A DNA stretch of 57,909 nucleotides, the filler included, from Basidioascus undulatus (taxonomy: Eukaryota): assembly GCA_000826855.1 (NCBI GenBank). It is 4 parts of 4 records of this genome, joined end to end, with 100 filler letters (N's around TTAATTAATTAA, not from the genome) between each part and the next. Parts side by side here need not be neighbours in the genome. Positions count along the whole stretch, not along the records: positions 1 to 8,586 come from JTLS01001368.1; positions 8,687 to 17,266 come from JTLS01001369.1; 2 more parts are not named here. The stretch is one strand, 5' to 3'. This document shows positions 1 to 12,719 of the stretch, piece after piece. Both the position numbers and the translations under genes were made by a program. The notes under the pieces were generated by a model. It saw only the letters and a program-made list of their open reading frames with translations, was not told the DNA's origin and did not search any database. Numbering within the stretch: position 1 is the first letter of the stretch; each line of letters starts with the position of its first letter.

Positions 1-2784
1 GGGGGAGGCGTACGAGGCGCTCTCGCACGTTCGCTGAGCTCTGGGGAGAAGGAATGAAGACGTACAGTGATAATTCCATTTAACTCGCCCTCAACGTCCG
101 TTGTTTGCACCCACACGCCTGGGAAAAATCCAACAGAATGAGCACAGGAAACGGAATATGAAAGCTGGAGATACCGACCTCCAGAACAGGAGTAGAGGGT
201 TGCCTGTTCTCGCAGCTCGTCGAAGACCTGCGGCAGCGGACGTCGTCAATCGGCTGCGAGAAAACTCTAGTCGGATACCACCTACCTTCAACGTCCGGTA
301 GTTCCAGGTTTCCAGGTCCGCCACAACCTCATAGGCCTAGGGACACCAGTCCAACCCGTAAGTCCTCGCTCGCAAGAGCAGCATATTGAGACGGACCTGG
401 TCGATGGTGGCTTTGGAAGCGGGGTTCGGCCACAGGTGCTCCGCGCTGACGTTGTGACCTACACCTCCGAATTCGCCTGAAGATCAAAGAAAAATGATTC
501 AGAGAGCCACTTTTGTGAGATGGGCAACCGGCAACGCAAACCTTGGAAGCCGATGCGGTTCGGGTCGAACGGACTGTTTGGCCTGCTGTAGAAGGGGGTG
601 CCGCACTGCGGACTACTGTAGTGATCTGTGAAGCGAGAAGTAAGCGAATATAGTGGCAGCCGGGGAGTTCTGAAAGTCTTAAGAGCTCACGGTTGTCGTG
701 GAAGTCTCCCGCCGCGTGGTCTAGCCAGCCGCTCGCGCCGTCGAACAACCTCGTGGAGTCGATCTGCTTAAGGCGCGCAATCAAGACGTACTCAGGGGCG
801 TGGTCGATCTGGCCCCAGCCTAGACAACAACATGATTAGTTTCAGCGTGTGATTCCCGCAGCGTATACGGGAGGGGACCGTCGTGTTACCCTCGTTGTAA
901 GTTACCCATGTCTGTATGCAGCTCTGGCTAAGCGTATGTCCGCAATCCGATATTTAAACGTTCGACATACCACAATACTAGGGAAATGCTTGTGCGTCCG
1001 CACGATTTCGAGAGCCTGCTGGTTGTAGTCCTCCAGCTGCCCGCCGTTACTGTAACCCGAGATCAGCCCAATCAAATCCAGAAACACTGCGCCAGGGAAG
1101 TCAACAAACGTACGGCTTCATAGTATCCCGCATCGCCGGGAAGTCCTGCCAGACCAGTAGGCCGAGCTAAAAGGCCCAGGTCAGCTCCACTTCGAAGACA
1201 GATACCGCGGAACAATAATCGCACCCGATCACAGGCATGATACCACTCGTCCGACTCGACCTTCAGGTGCTTCCGGACCATGTTGAAGCCGAGCTTCTTC
1301 AACGTCAAAAGATCAAAGACCATCGCTTCGTGTGTGGGCGGGGTATAGAGACCATCGGGCCAGTAGCCCTGTGCGATGCAGCGTTTTAGTTCCAGCCCTT
1401 CAAGGCAAAGCGAACTCACGTACCTGGTCGAGGGTCCCGAACTGGAAGACGTACTCCCCATTGAGCAACGGCCGAGAGATGTTCTGGACGACGCCCTTCT
1501 CGATCGATCGGAAGCCAACGTAGCTGTACACTTGATCGAGACCAAGCGAGACGGTGATGTTGTAGAGAGTAGGCGAGGAGGGGGACCAGAGGTCTGCGTC
1601 GGGATATGAGAGAGTGAAGGTAGAGTTCGTCGTGCCCTTCACCGTCGCGAGGACGGAGTTGTCCCGCGGTGAGTGGAGGTAGAGGGTAAATGGCTGCGGG
1701 CGCCCGTCGCCGGACACGGCGATTGTGCCGGTTATGTTGCCATATCGGTCGGCGGTCAAGTCGAGGTCCGTGATATGCGAGGCGGGGACCGACCTTTGAA
1801 ACGAGTCAGCAGCGTGGATCAAAAGTGTGGTGGGACTCTGCGAAGGCTCACTCAAGGAAGACGGTCTGCCAGATGCCGCTGCAAGGCTGCAGAGAGCACT
1901 GTCAGCATGGAGCTACGGAAGAGATTAAGGCTTAGCCGTACGTACCTCGTAGAAGATATGGTCAGTGCCAGAGCGTTGTTTGCCCAGAGGAATATCCGTA
2001 CCCTCCGCGTCGGTCGGATCGTGCACGAAAACGAGGAGCTCGTTTGATTCTGCGTAAGGGGAGCATAATAAGCACCGAGCCGATTTGACCCCGGAACTGA
2101 CTTACGATGCCGATCAATCAAAGCAGTAACGTCGAGAGAGAACCGAGTGTAACCGCCTCGGTGGAAGCCCACCCGACGGCCGTTCAAGAAAATGGTGGCT
2201 GTGGAGTCGGTCACTTCGATGTGAGCATCAACTACTGAAAAAGTGCAGTGATACATACCCTCATAATCCACCGCCCCAAAGCTCAGAACAAAATCAGACG
2301 CCTTCAAGGCCTCGGAGACGTTGAAAGTCGTCCGGAACCAGCTGTACCGGTGCTGCTCGCCGATGCCGCTGAGCGCGCTTTCGAGGCACGAGGGGATGAG
2401 GACCTCGGCGCCAAGCGTCTGGCCGAAAGGAGGCGAGTCGACCGCCACATACGAGTCGGCGGGACGGAACTGCCAGACGCCGTTCAGGGTCTGCCAGGAG
2501 GGGCGGTAGAGCTGCGGGCGGGGGTGCGACGGCCACGGGTTGAGGCCGACTTGGTCGGTCCACTGCGTGCGGAGCGGCGGCCGCAACATGCGATACGGCC
2601 CGTGCGCGGCTGTGGTTGCTACGGACGGTCGTCGCGGAAGAGAGAAGATCAGGGTGTAGGCGAGAATGACGGCAGTAGTGGTGAGGATGGCGATGGCGGA
2701 GACGGTGCGGAGGGAGAAGGACGGGGGGATGGACAGCGGGGGAAAGCGACGCTGTGTGGGTGAGGACTTCGACCCGGCCTGCAT
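1..2784 (-). CDS. Glycoside hydrolase family 2 (beta-galactosidase/glucuronidase-like), multi-exon, 3' end runs off the window
   Basis: Spliced segments read PWPSHPRPQLYRPSWQTLNGVWQF, FGAVDYE, GFHRGGYTRFSLDVT, LWSPSSPTLY, GTLDQ/GYWPDGLYTPPT, LGFNMVRKHLKVE, DSTRLFDGASGWLDH, GFQG/EFGG and TTDVEGELNG, all typical of fungal GH2. N-terminal hydrophobic segment AIAILTTTAVILAYTLIF. Confidence 0.9.
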
Positions 2785-3880
2785 GAAGAAGGTAATTGAG
2801 CAATACCCTCATTAAACTCTGTTCATACAAGTGTGGTTGGGAAACGATACTTACATGTGTAGGGAGTATGGAACGAGATTTCTTAGGAGAAAGAGGGGAC
2901 TGCATGTTGGAGGGTGCGCTGCCCAGCACGAGTCGACAAGATGGGGAGTGAGCCTCGAGGCCGGAAGCAAACTGATACCGAGAAAACATTACGGCTTACG
3001 CCCAAGACCAAAAATCCCAAGATCTCAAACGAAGGTGAAGTATGCCCGAGCCCCACGAAGAGTGCCCGGTTTATAACAATGTGGGAGGAGGACGTTTGAT
3101 GAAGTGAATGAGCGTTGGTGAAGTTGAGGGTAAGATGATGGTGTCGAGATGGGAAGCTATACGACCGACCGCCACCGTCATGAACAGCCATCAGGCTACG
3201 TCTGAAGCGAGCGAGGGTCGTCCGAACGGGCAGGCTGCGGAGCGCGACTTAGTCGCTCACTGACGAGATAGCAGCTTGGGGCGCCGCTAGTGCGCACGAT
3301 GGATGGCCCGGGCGAGGGGCGGTTCTTCTGCGGAGATTAAAAGGGGTGGCAAGATGTGATAGTATCATGATCCATGGCCTATGCGCTTGCCGCGCACCAT
3401 GGCACACTTTCAAGCAATGGTGCCGAGAGGAAAAGCTATGTCGTCAAGCGCAGTCCAGGCAGCGCAGCCGACGGATTTCTCGACGACGAGGAAGTTGAGT
3501 GAGCGCTATGAAGCTCTGGCGTGATCCATGAAAAGTAGGACAAGAATGCGAATGAATGTTTCTCAGGCGCTGGTCAGTCGTCCACAGTTCAATCGGTACG
3601 GGCAGAGTCGCAGCAGACTGCAAGCAGGATGTTGGGACTGAAGAGCATACCCAGGCATTCTGTAGTTTTGTAGCTACTAAATCCTTTAGCGGCCGGCATC
3701 TAGTAACCCCACCAAAAAAGTATAACAATCACGCTCTCAGTGCCTTTTGTTTGGCGCTGCACTTCCGCTCTCGAATCTCGACGTCTCTCCCGTCGTCATG
3801 CGCGTCCTCATCTTGACCGTGTTCCACTTTGTGCTTTCTCTACACGTTCTCTACTGGCACACTCGATCGAAGCTACGACG

Positions 3881-5237
3881 ATGCCTCCCCGCCCCAAGCG
3901 TCCAGCGGGAGCCCCGCCCTCCGAGCCCAAGCGCGCGCGCTTCACCGAATCACCCGCCGCGGGCTCTCGCGGCACCGACGATGACTCACCGCCGCTCGAG
4001 GATGTCGCGATGGACCTCGAGGAGCGGAAGGCGCGGCGCGGCGCGGTCAAAGCCGAGGGCTACGAGTCGGACTCGTCGGATGAGGGTGAGGGCGTTGTGC
4101 CTTCCCGCCGGCCTGGCGCGGCGGACGACGACGACGACGATATGTTTGGTGGCGGGGATGACGACAAGAAGGACACTGGGAAGAAGTCCAAGGAGCGCTT
4201 CTTGTCGCTCGGCGAGATTGAGGGGCAGGAGTTCGGCGGGGCGGCGGACCGTGGCGAGGACGACGAGGACGACGAGGACGAGGACCCGGAAGGGATGGGC
4301 GGCCCGCTCACCGCGTTCAACATGAAGTCCGAGCTCGCCGAGGGCAAGTTCTCCGAAGACGGGACGTACGTCCGGAACGCGCGCGACCCGCACGAGATGC
4401 ACGACGCGTGGCTCGACGCTGTGGGCGGCAAGGCGGAGATCCGCAAAGCGCGCGAGGCGCACCGCCGACGGGAGCGCGAAGAGCGCGAGCGCGAGGAGCG
4501 CGAGGGCGGGGAGGCGGCGCAGGGCGGGAGGAAGGAGGAGGCGATGATGGAGGTGTTGGGCATCTTGACGAAGGGCGAGACGGTCATGGAGGCGCTGCAG
4601 CGGCTGGGGAAGGAGCAGAAGAATCTCGGCGGCGGGCCTGCGGCGGCGAAGAAGGGCGGGTGGAGGAAGAAGGAAAAGGCGATGGAAGTGGATAACGGGA
4701 CGGCGAATGGGGCGAGTGCGGAGGCGGCAGAGTTGGGGAAGACGATCGAGCGTCTGACGACGCTCGCGAGCACGCTGCTCTCCGCTGGCGTCCCGGACGT
4801 GTACGACCAGTCTTTCGAGGGGCTTCTGCGAGCCCTGCGAAGGTCGGGATACGTCAAAGGTGCGCTTTCTTCCTTTCTCTGACTTGCATTCTCTTTCTCA
4901 CTCTTTCTTTCATTTCCTTCCGGCCTATGCAGACGACTGGCTCCCCCCCTCGCGCATCGCCGCCGCCTCCCCCGCCCCCGATTCCTTCACATCCGCCGCC
5001 CAACCCCCTCCCCCACCAGCCGAAACCGCGCAATACGAGTACAAGTACTCGCCCGCGTACCTGTCCTCCCTCCCTCCCGCATCGCGCCCGGTCGAGAACA
5101 ACGTACAGGGCCCGTTCGGGCGCGAGCAGCTCGACGCCTGGCTCGCTGGGGGGTACTTTGGCGCGGGGGGCGCAAACGTGCGCGTACGGAAGACGGGCGG
5201 GGAGTGGGGCGCGTGGGGGGAGGTGGTCGGGCGGTAG
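3881..5237 (+). CDS. LIN1: U5 snRNP 52K / CD2BP2 (Lin1/Snu40) family protein with C-terminal GYF domain
   Basis: ATG at 3881 (MPPRPKRP). Contains EGYESDSSD, RFLSLGEIEGQEF, TAFNMKSELAEGKFSEDGTYVR and HDAWLD. After one intron (~4853-4927) comes GYF-like YEYKY...QGPFGREQLDAWLAGGYFG. Confidence 0.85.
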
Positions 5238-6276
5238 CATTGTCGGAGTTGCTTTGCGGGGACAGGGCTGCGTGAGGAGCACCACGTTTGCATCGTGATG
5301 AGGATCTTTCTGCCCGTGGAGCACAGTCTCCGCCAGGCTGCCCAACACGATATACTCAGCAAGAAAAGGGGAGCCTACATCAAGTCCTAATCCAATGACC
5401 CTTGGTGTGCAAGTTGTCAGCCGTGTTTCGCAGATCGAGAGGACCCAGACGCAGCTCGGCTGGTCGTTCTGACCTGCGGGATGTCCTAAGCGTGGCACTA
5501 GGTGTGACACACCAGAAATACAAAGCATGGATAGGGTTTGTTTCCTCCTTTTCCTCTACTGTGGCTGTGCACATACCTAGTCGGCGTGGCCAGAAACGTG
5601 CTTATGACACCCCTCCGGCGGACATGGACACTTGGCCCAATCACATATCTAGCTTGTTTTGCCCCTCAGAACGTTGAGTGATCAATATTTCGATTCATTT
5701 CGTAAAAGGAGGCGCTCAGGCAGGGCGAGCGGAAGCATTTCGGAAACGCTGCAAAGGCGATCCCACGCAGCTCGTCCACCGACTGCCTAAACACAGCTTC
5801 TTTCTCTACCCCCATCATCCTCTGATCCTAGCCGCAAATGAAAGTCTCCCATCTCAGCCTATCAGCGCACACCCGGAAAAGAGGCGATTAGAGCCGGCTC
5901 TTGCACGCGAGTAGGACCGCAGACGGTACACTTCGCACAGCGGGATCACGGGTAGGCGTCCGCTTCCTTGCACAGCCCGCCGTGGTCAATTCTGAGCCAC
6001 GGCCCTCTGGAGCGGGCGTCGCGCTGCATCCTTAGGATGCCTCTGATGATCCGCGCTGCCTGAGCGACTGCTCGAACCCGACCTTTCTTCCGAGTGTGCG
6101 CTCGCACGATCCCTACTAAGAGCACCAGTCTGGCTTTCACGTCATCTTTGCAAGAAAAGAGTTATATGCCCAGGCCTCCTTCCTTCTCTGCAGATAAAGA
6201 GTGGTTACCCAATTTTCTACATATCCTGGCCTTCGCCACTTGAAGGTGGGCGGGATACGCGAAGACTGAGATCATT

Positions 6277-6878
6277 CTAGTGAGGCGAAGTCAGGACCGC
6301 GAGCAGCAGCGGCGCTGCGAAGTCCCAGTGCATGAGCGCGTCGAGCGCGCGCAGCGTGCCGGCGCAGGTGTCTGCTAGAGCGCTGAGCGTGGCAAGCCCT
6401 ATGGGGGCGAAGTGGTCGTCAGTTTCTCCAAGGGAGAAGACGCGGAAAGACTCGAGGGCGCCCGGACGCCCGAGGAGCGCAGGAAGCGGGGAATTGTCGA
6501 GCTTGTCGGGAGGGTGCACCTCCCCTGGCGTCGCGGCCGGGATCCGAGAACGCAGGTGAAGTATCCAGAGACGAGGGTTCTTCCACCGAGAGAGTGCGCG
6601 ATCGAGATGCGAAATCAGCCGAGGGATTTCGGAGAGCGACGTGAGCGTGATGGTTCTGTAGAAGACGGGCTCGGGCGAGGTCCTGGAAGCAAGGGCGTCT
6701 GGTCAATTGACGGCGTTTTAGAGGTTCAGCGGGGAATCGAAAGACGCACTTTGAATGTAGAGCAGACGTGCATGAGGTTCAAGGCCTACATACGTCCCGT
6801 CTCCTCGTCATCACCTACGAAGCTGAAGATCAAGCGCCAGACGTCGTCCGGTGTAATCTCGAAAGGACAGAACGGCAT
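6277..6878 (-). pseudogene. Disabled F-box-like gene
   Basis: ATG 6878: MPFCPFEITPDDVWRLIFSFVGDDEETGRM*ALNLMHVCSTFK, with an in-frame TAG at 6786-6788. A GTGCGT intron follows, then DLA[+1 nt]EPVFYRTITLTSL, the usual post-F-box motif, shifted by one base. Confidence 0.6.
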
Positions 6879-8349
6879 GGCGAGGGCGGGAGGATCTGGT
6901 GGTCAATCTTCAGCGTCAGCGCTCATCGTTATTCCAGCTACATCTTCTACCATTATGACGCACTGATTCAAGGAGATTTTGTCGTCTGGGAAAGAAAGAG
7001 GACGCGAAGAGAGCTCCTGAAGCGTTGTGACTGCGTCGAGCATAGCCTGGTCGCAGCGACTCAATCACTCTCGGACCTCCAACCTTGGCTAGCCAGCACT
7101 CAACCATCGAAGATCTACCTAAGTATGTGGCGGCTTCGTTTGACTGCTACGACGCACTTGCACATTGCTCCAAGGCTGTGCCAGGACGTTCAATGGGATG
7201 TTCAGCCACCGTTCGAGACTGTCCGATTTCAAATGCAGGGACATCGATGGAAGCGAGATGCAATTGCGCAAATGTAGCAAGGTCCGGGAGAACCGACGTA
7301 TATGTAAATAGTCCAGCGCGCATACGGATTCCGGCACCTGCACTTTCTGACGCAATGCAGGCGGTGGACAGCGCGAAGCTGCTGGGCGGTGAGCGATTGA
7401 GCACACACATGCTACTCATGGAGTCGCACAGCGTCGTACAGTGAAAAAAAAATGTAAAAGGAGTATATCATCGGTGCGCCGAGGCTGCGGGTGCTGAACG
7501 CGCCGCTCAGTAGGAAGCACAGCGGCAGCCCTCACAATGGAGCCCCCAGCCGCCCGCGACCGCGAGCCGCCCCGCCACACAACCTCGCCGGTGTTTGAAG
7601 TTTGCGCACCCTAGACAGACACGACGCCCATTAGGCGGCCGTAGATCGTGCACCACTCAAGAGCAGTCTGCGGGATCTGTTCTTTGACCAGCCCACCAGC
7701 CGCAGCGCCCGACCGACCACCGCGAGGGAGCGCGCAAGAATAGATGGGCTGAAATGCGAGAAAGACTGTCGCCCCATCTCGCGATGAGAAGCAATGCGAC
7801 GGGAGGGCCTTGACCCCGTACGAGTACGGGTAGTATGACGGCGAGTACGACATGTGTCCAGAGGCCTCGAAGTCGATTGACAGGAGCGTGGGCACCAGCA
7901 GCGGTGCGGGGCGAGTCTCGAAGGGGTAGATGGGGGTGAGAGGAAAGTACGATGGAGTGGACTGCGCGAGATGAGGGGGGGTTTGCGATGACCTTGAGGA
8001 CGAGCATGTGTCCGAGGGACGGAAGGGGATGTGGCACAGGTGAGAGGATCCGGGGGCGGGAGTGAAGGAGGTTGAAGTGACAGCGCGACGACGATGCGGG
8101 TTGGTTAGGTAGTTCCGCACCCGCGATCGAAGCACCGACAACACTCCCGGTCGCCCGCCCCCGAGAAGGTCAGACGAGGTGAGCTCCTCCGAACCAAGCC
8201 GAACGCGCAGCCTGCCGCCCTTCGCCCTGCGTCAGTAGTACAGTGTACAAATACAATGCTCGTATCGGACATGTCACACAAACCCTCTTCACCCCGCCCA
8301 GTCCCCAGCCCCTTCCACCGCGCGGCTTGCCCCCTCCCCCGGCCGGCGC

Positions 8350-8517
8350 CTAGGAGATCCCATGCTGGGACTTGAGCCTGGCAAGCTCCTCCTCGCGCTT
8401 CGCGAGCTCCTGCTGCTTGAGCGCGATCTGGGCCTGCTTGGTCGGCTGGTGGTACAGGATGACGATGTAGCGCTCGCCAAGGTGGAAGCCGTTGAGGGCG
8501 TCCAGGGCGTTCTTGGC
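8350..8517 (-). CDS. SF3B6: Last exon of SF3b p14 (SF3B14/SF3B6) branch-site RRM protein; 5' part lost in assembly gap
   Basis: After a CTGAC branch and CAG acceptor the exon reads AKNALDALNGFHLGERYIVILYHQPTKQAQIALKQQELAKREEELARLKSQHGIS*, matching the p14 C-terminus. Confidence 0.85.
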   Translation of the reverse strand, partial: AKNALDALNGFHLGERYIVILYHQPTKQAQIALKQQELAKREEELARLKSQHGIS

Positions 8518-8586
8518 CTGGTCCCGCCCTCAGTCAGTTTCTCCAGTTCGAGTTCGCGAGGTTAGGCGGAGGGAGAGACGAGCTCC

Positions 8587-8686
8587 NNNNNNNNNNNNNN
8601 NNNNNNNNNNNNNNNNNNNNNNNNNNNNNNTTAATTAATTAANNNNNNNNNNNNNNNNNNNNNNNNNNNNNNNNNNNNNNNNNNNN
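8587..8686. other. Artificial contig-joining linker (N44-TTAATTAATTAA-N44)
   Basis: N runs flank a 12-mer that puts stop codons in all six frames. The identical structure occurs three times. Confidence 0.97.
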
Positions 8687-8697
8687 GGGGGGGGGTC

Positions 8698-10451
8698 CAC
8701 CAGGTCACCCGCGTCCTCCTCGACGTCCGCGGAAGGCACGACGAGATGACCAAGTCGCCGTACTTTGCGTCCATCATCGTCGGCTCGCTCGTCTGGGTCG
8801 CGTTCTCGTGGTTCACGCGGTTGGTGTACCGTGCGTTTCTGCTGTCCCTCCCCCAGCTTTCCGTTCCGGCCCATGCTCACCCTCTCCCCACCTCCCACTT
8901 CCTCCTCCGCCTTTGCTTCTCCCACCTCCCTCTCACCCTGTTCCCCCGTCCCACCCTGACCCTCCTTACTCGATCTCCCGACGTCTCGTCTCGGCCCATC
9001 TCGACTCGGCTCGGCTCGCCCCGCCCACAGACACCCCCGGCCACGCAATCGCCAACATTGTCTTCGTCCTCGCGTTCCTCACCTGCGCATGGAACTTTGT
9101 GCGCGCGATGACGCTCGACCCGGGCAAGGTGCACCGCCCCGAGACGGACACGGAGGTGAAGGGCCAGATCGAGGAGCTCGTCAGCCAGGGGAGGTTCAAT
9201 GGGCAGACTTATTGCATTTACACCATGGTGCGTTGTCCAGTCTTCTCTTTTGATTCGTTTTGGAGAGTAGAAGAGATGGGGGAGGAAGGGAAGAAGGAGG
9301 GGAAGAAGGGAGAAAGGGGTGCTGATGAGGGTGATGATGGGGATGGACAGGCGAAGAAGCCGTTGAGGAGTAAGCACTGTCGGGTGACGAATCGGTTGGT
9401 TGCGCGGTTCGATCAGTACGTCGACTTGGTTTTCGTGAGGGAGGGAGGTGAACGAGTGCTGATACGGTGGTGGTTCGCAGCTACTGTCCTTGGGTCTGGA
9501 ATACGAGTAAGGCTGGGTTGAGGATGATGTGGAGAAGAAGGGACCACGCTGATGATGGTGGGAACCGAACAGTCGGTGCGAACAACCACCGCCAGTTCGT
9601 CGTCTTCGTTGCTGCGCTCGTCGTTGGCGTCATTGCCTTTGACTTGCTCGTCTACGCCTGTACGCAGCACTGATCTTTGAGCCCATCCGCGCTGTTCGCT
9701 AATGTTCAACCCCCTCGCAGACTTCGCCGGCGCCCCCGCCCTTCCCCTCGACCCGACCAACCCCGCCGCGGACCCGAGCTCGGCGTGCCTGCTCCCCGGC
9801 CCGCTCTGCTTCGCCTCGACCTACGTCGGCTTCCTCTTCTGCGTCTCGTTCTGGGCGTCGCTCCAGCTCACATGGACGACAGTGATCCTGCTCACGCAGC
9901 TCTGGCAAGTCGCGCGGCAGATGACGACGCTCGAGATCTCCAACCTCGGCCGGTACGGGTACATGGGCGGGCGCGGCACGTCCGCCGCGGACCAGCTCGG
10001 GTTCGTCCAGCGCCAGCAGGCGCAGCTCACAGGCGGAGGCGGCGCGGGCCCCGGCCCCAGCGGAGCGATGGAGGACGGCCCGCCCTCTGGCGCTGTGTCC
10101 CCCGTCGGCCACGATCGCGGACCCGTCCCGCACGCCCACAAGCATGCCCACGCGGGCGGGATGTCGTTCCTCCTCCAGATCCTGGGGCTCGACCGGTTCA
10201 CGAAGGGCAAGGCCGCGGACGGGCTCATGCGCCACGCGGCGAACCCGTTCGACCTTGGCTTTTTCAGGAACTGCATGGACTTCTGGACGAATGGAAGGGA
10301 GCTCGGCGTCGATTGGCGCACGCTGTATGACTTGCCGCCCGAGGGCTTTAGGGCGGTCGTGGAGCGCAGGAGGAGGGAGAAGGGGAAGGGCGCGGCAGGG
10401 AAGGGCGATGGGAGGGGAGGGTATGAGAGGGTCGGGATGGAGGAGGTTTGA
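8698..10451 (+). CDS. AKR1: Akr1-type DHHC (DHYC) palmitoyltransferase, 5' ankyrin part missing in gap
   Basis: Spliced reading: KSPYFASII..., AMTLDPG, GRFNGQTYCIYTM/AKKPLRSKHCRVTNRLVARFDH/YCPWVWNT/GANNHRQF, QLWQVARQMTTLEISNLGRYGYMGGRG, NPFDLGFFRNCMDFWT. Confidence 0.9.
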
Positions 10452-11622
10452 GTGCTGGTGGGTGGGGAGAGAGGAGAGCAAGGACAGTTTTGCTGTGTAC
10501 GTATTTGAGATGGAGGAACGTGTGACGGTTTTGCTTTGGGCGTGGCGTGCTTTAGGATTCGCATGGGGTTATTGAGTGAGAAGAACGAGGAGAAGACAGG
10601 AACGCTAATCTTTTGTCGGAACGCTGTCGATTGAAAGCCCCTTTGAAGGTTACGCCTGTTGCGCTGGTGACCGCCGGCTGGACTGCCTGTCGCTCGGCGG
10701 GTGCACCGGCAGTCAACGTTACAAAAATCCTCACGGGATGATCGCCGATTGGTGGTGTTGATAGACGAGAGATGCTCGCCTTTTCAAGTTTCGGCATCGG
10801 ATCACAACATTTACTACAGGTGACTTGGCGCCCGCAGCCGGCTCGATTTCGTGCGACTTGGAATGAGCCCCGAACGACAGCATATTGATTAATGCCGAAA
10901 ACGATGCCCCGAGGTCATCGACGATTGAAGGACTGGAGCCGTATTCTTTGGGGCGCTCTTGTCGGGCCCTGCCCATATTGACTTGTTTCATGAGCGCGGT
11001 GACACCGCGGCCTTGAGGAAGGCGACAGTTCATTCGTCAGGTTTGAGCAATACCTGCCTTCCTCCAGCAGCGGTTCATTGGCAGAGCCTGTCAGTTGAAG
11101 CGGCCCACTTCTTACATGCAGCCAGAAGTAGTGTCAGAACGGTGCGAGACGCAGAGGCCAACGAGGATGAGGGGGCGCTTGGCATTGAGTCTGCAGCAGA
11201 GTGACATTTGCTGAGAAGATGGAATAGTACCGTGGAAAGGCGTGTTTACACTTTGATGTCGTTGGGCATGGATATATTATATCGCCCGAGCAACATAAGG
11301 TATACGTTGTACCAGTGAGTATGGTAGAGAGCACACGCAAATTGCGGAAGGTAATGTCCGGTGCGGCGCACAGTCGCCATGAAGACGTCTCCGCCGATGC
11401 TGCCATATCCGCGTTTTAAACCTGCATCTAAATAAAACTGCAGGTAATGCCTATTAAATTAACGTTGACTGTGATGCGGACAGAGCCGAGGCGAGGAAGA
11501 CACTCTCAGGCGCGGTTTGGAGACTCTCTCGAGTTTTGCTCTGCGGGCCGCTTCGGCAAGCATGGCGGTCAACTCATTACTGTTCACGTTCTTTCACCAT
11601 CTTCCGACAACCCGTGCTCCTT

Positions 11623-12719
11623 TCATACACCCAGCATTTCCTTCAACTTCCCCCAGACCTTCTCACCCTCATTCGCATCCGCCGCAGCGGGCGCGCTCCC
11701 CGCCTTCTGCCCTTTCTGGTTCCATCCCAACCCACCTTGCTCCAGAGCCTTCCGCCTCCCCTCGGGATGCGCGAGGAAGTAGATCGGGACGTCGGCATAG
11801 TCTTGAGGAGAAGGAGCGACGAGCGGGAGGGCGTAGGAGGAGAGGAGGGGCAGCGGAAAGGGAAGGGAGGAGTTGGACGCGGCGGAGGTCGCGACTGCGC
11901 CGGGGAAGAGGTGCGTTGTGGATAGGGTGGGATGGAGGCGGCGGAAATGCTTTACTCGTAATGAATATAGTTTCAGTTACTGATGGGCTTGAGAAGCAAG
12001 GGGAAGCAGCGCGACGGACCGCCATCCACACGTCGCTAACCAAGCTGTCCCTCAGCCCAGTCGTGAGCATCCCATACCCCTTGAAGAAGCCACCATGCTC
12101 CCGCGTCTTGCGTAGCTCGAGATTGTCGAGATCGACTGTCCGGGTGCGGCTCAGCCCCGGAGAGCACACGGACGCGACCCCTTGCTTGATCGTTGGAGAA
12201 GACGAGAGCTCATGGGCTAGTCCGAAACGAGAGAGGATCTACAGGGAGAAGAAATGCCGTCAGGTTATGAGAAAAACGGGGAGCAGGGTCGATAAAGCGC
12301 ACCTGTACAGCAAAGTGATCCTCAATACCTTCCGGCGTCTCCTTCCAGCGCCCATTCGGCGGTCCGCCCTGACATAGGACGAGCCAATCCACCCCCTCCT
12401 TCCCGCTCTTCTCCCTCACTTCCCTGGCGGCTCCCAAGATTCCCTTTCGCGCACTCAAATCCGCGGGAACGAACTCGAACCGTTGCTCCTCCGGGCGCTT
12501 AGCGACCGCCTTCAGATGCCGCAGCATGTCTTCGCCGCGCTGGCGGGATCGCCCGACGAGAATGACGGAAGATCCCAGCTCGGAGAAGCGCGAGGCTATC
12601 CCCGCGCCTATGCCCTGCGTCCCGCCTGCCACGACGGCGGTGTGCGAGGAGAGGTCGAGCTCGGATGTGAGGGTCCGGAAGTGCGGGGGGATGTGAAAGG
12701 GATTCAGCGAGGAGAACAT
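11623..12719 (-). CDS. Short-chain dehydrogenase/reductase (NAD(P)-binding Rossmann fold), multi-exon
   Basis: ATG 12719. Contains TAVVAGGTQGIGAGIA, VILVGRS, FEFVPADLS and TPEGIEDHFAVQ. Last exon ends ...EGEKVWGKLKEMLGV* at 11623. Confidence 0.8.

Noticed and set aside
7611..8144. 177-aa minus-strand ORF
   Set aside because: No recognisable motif, ATG start or splice support; cannot be called.
3881..8517. Two spliceosomal genes (LIN1, SF3B14) within 5 kb
   Set aside because: Convergent and separated by unrelated sequence; chance proximity is sufficient.
9408..9490. DHYC in place of DHHC
   Set aside because: Normal for Akr1-type palmitoyltransferases.
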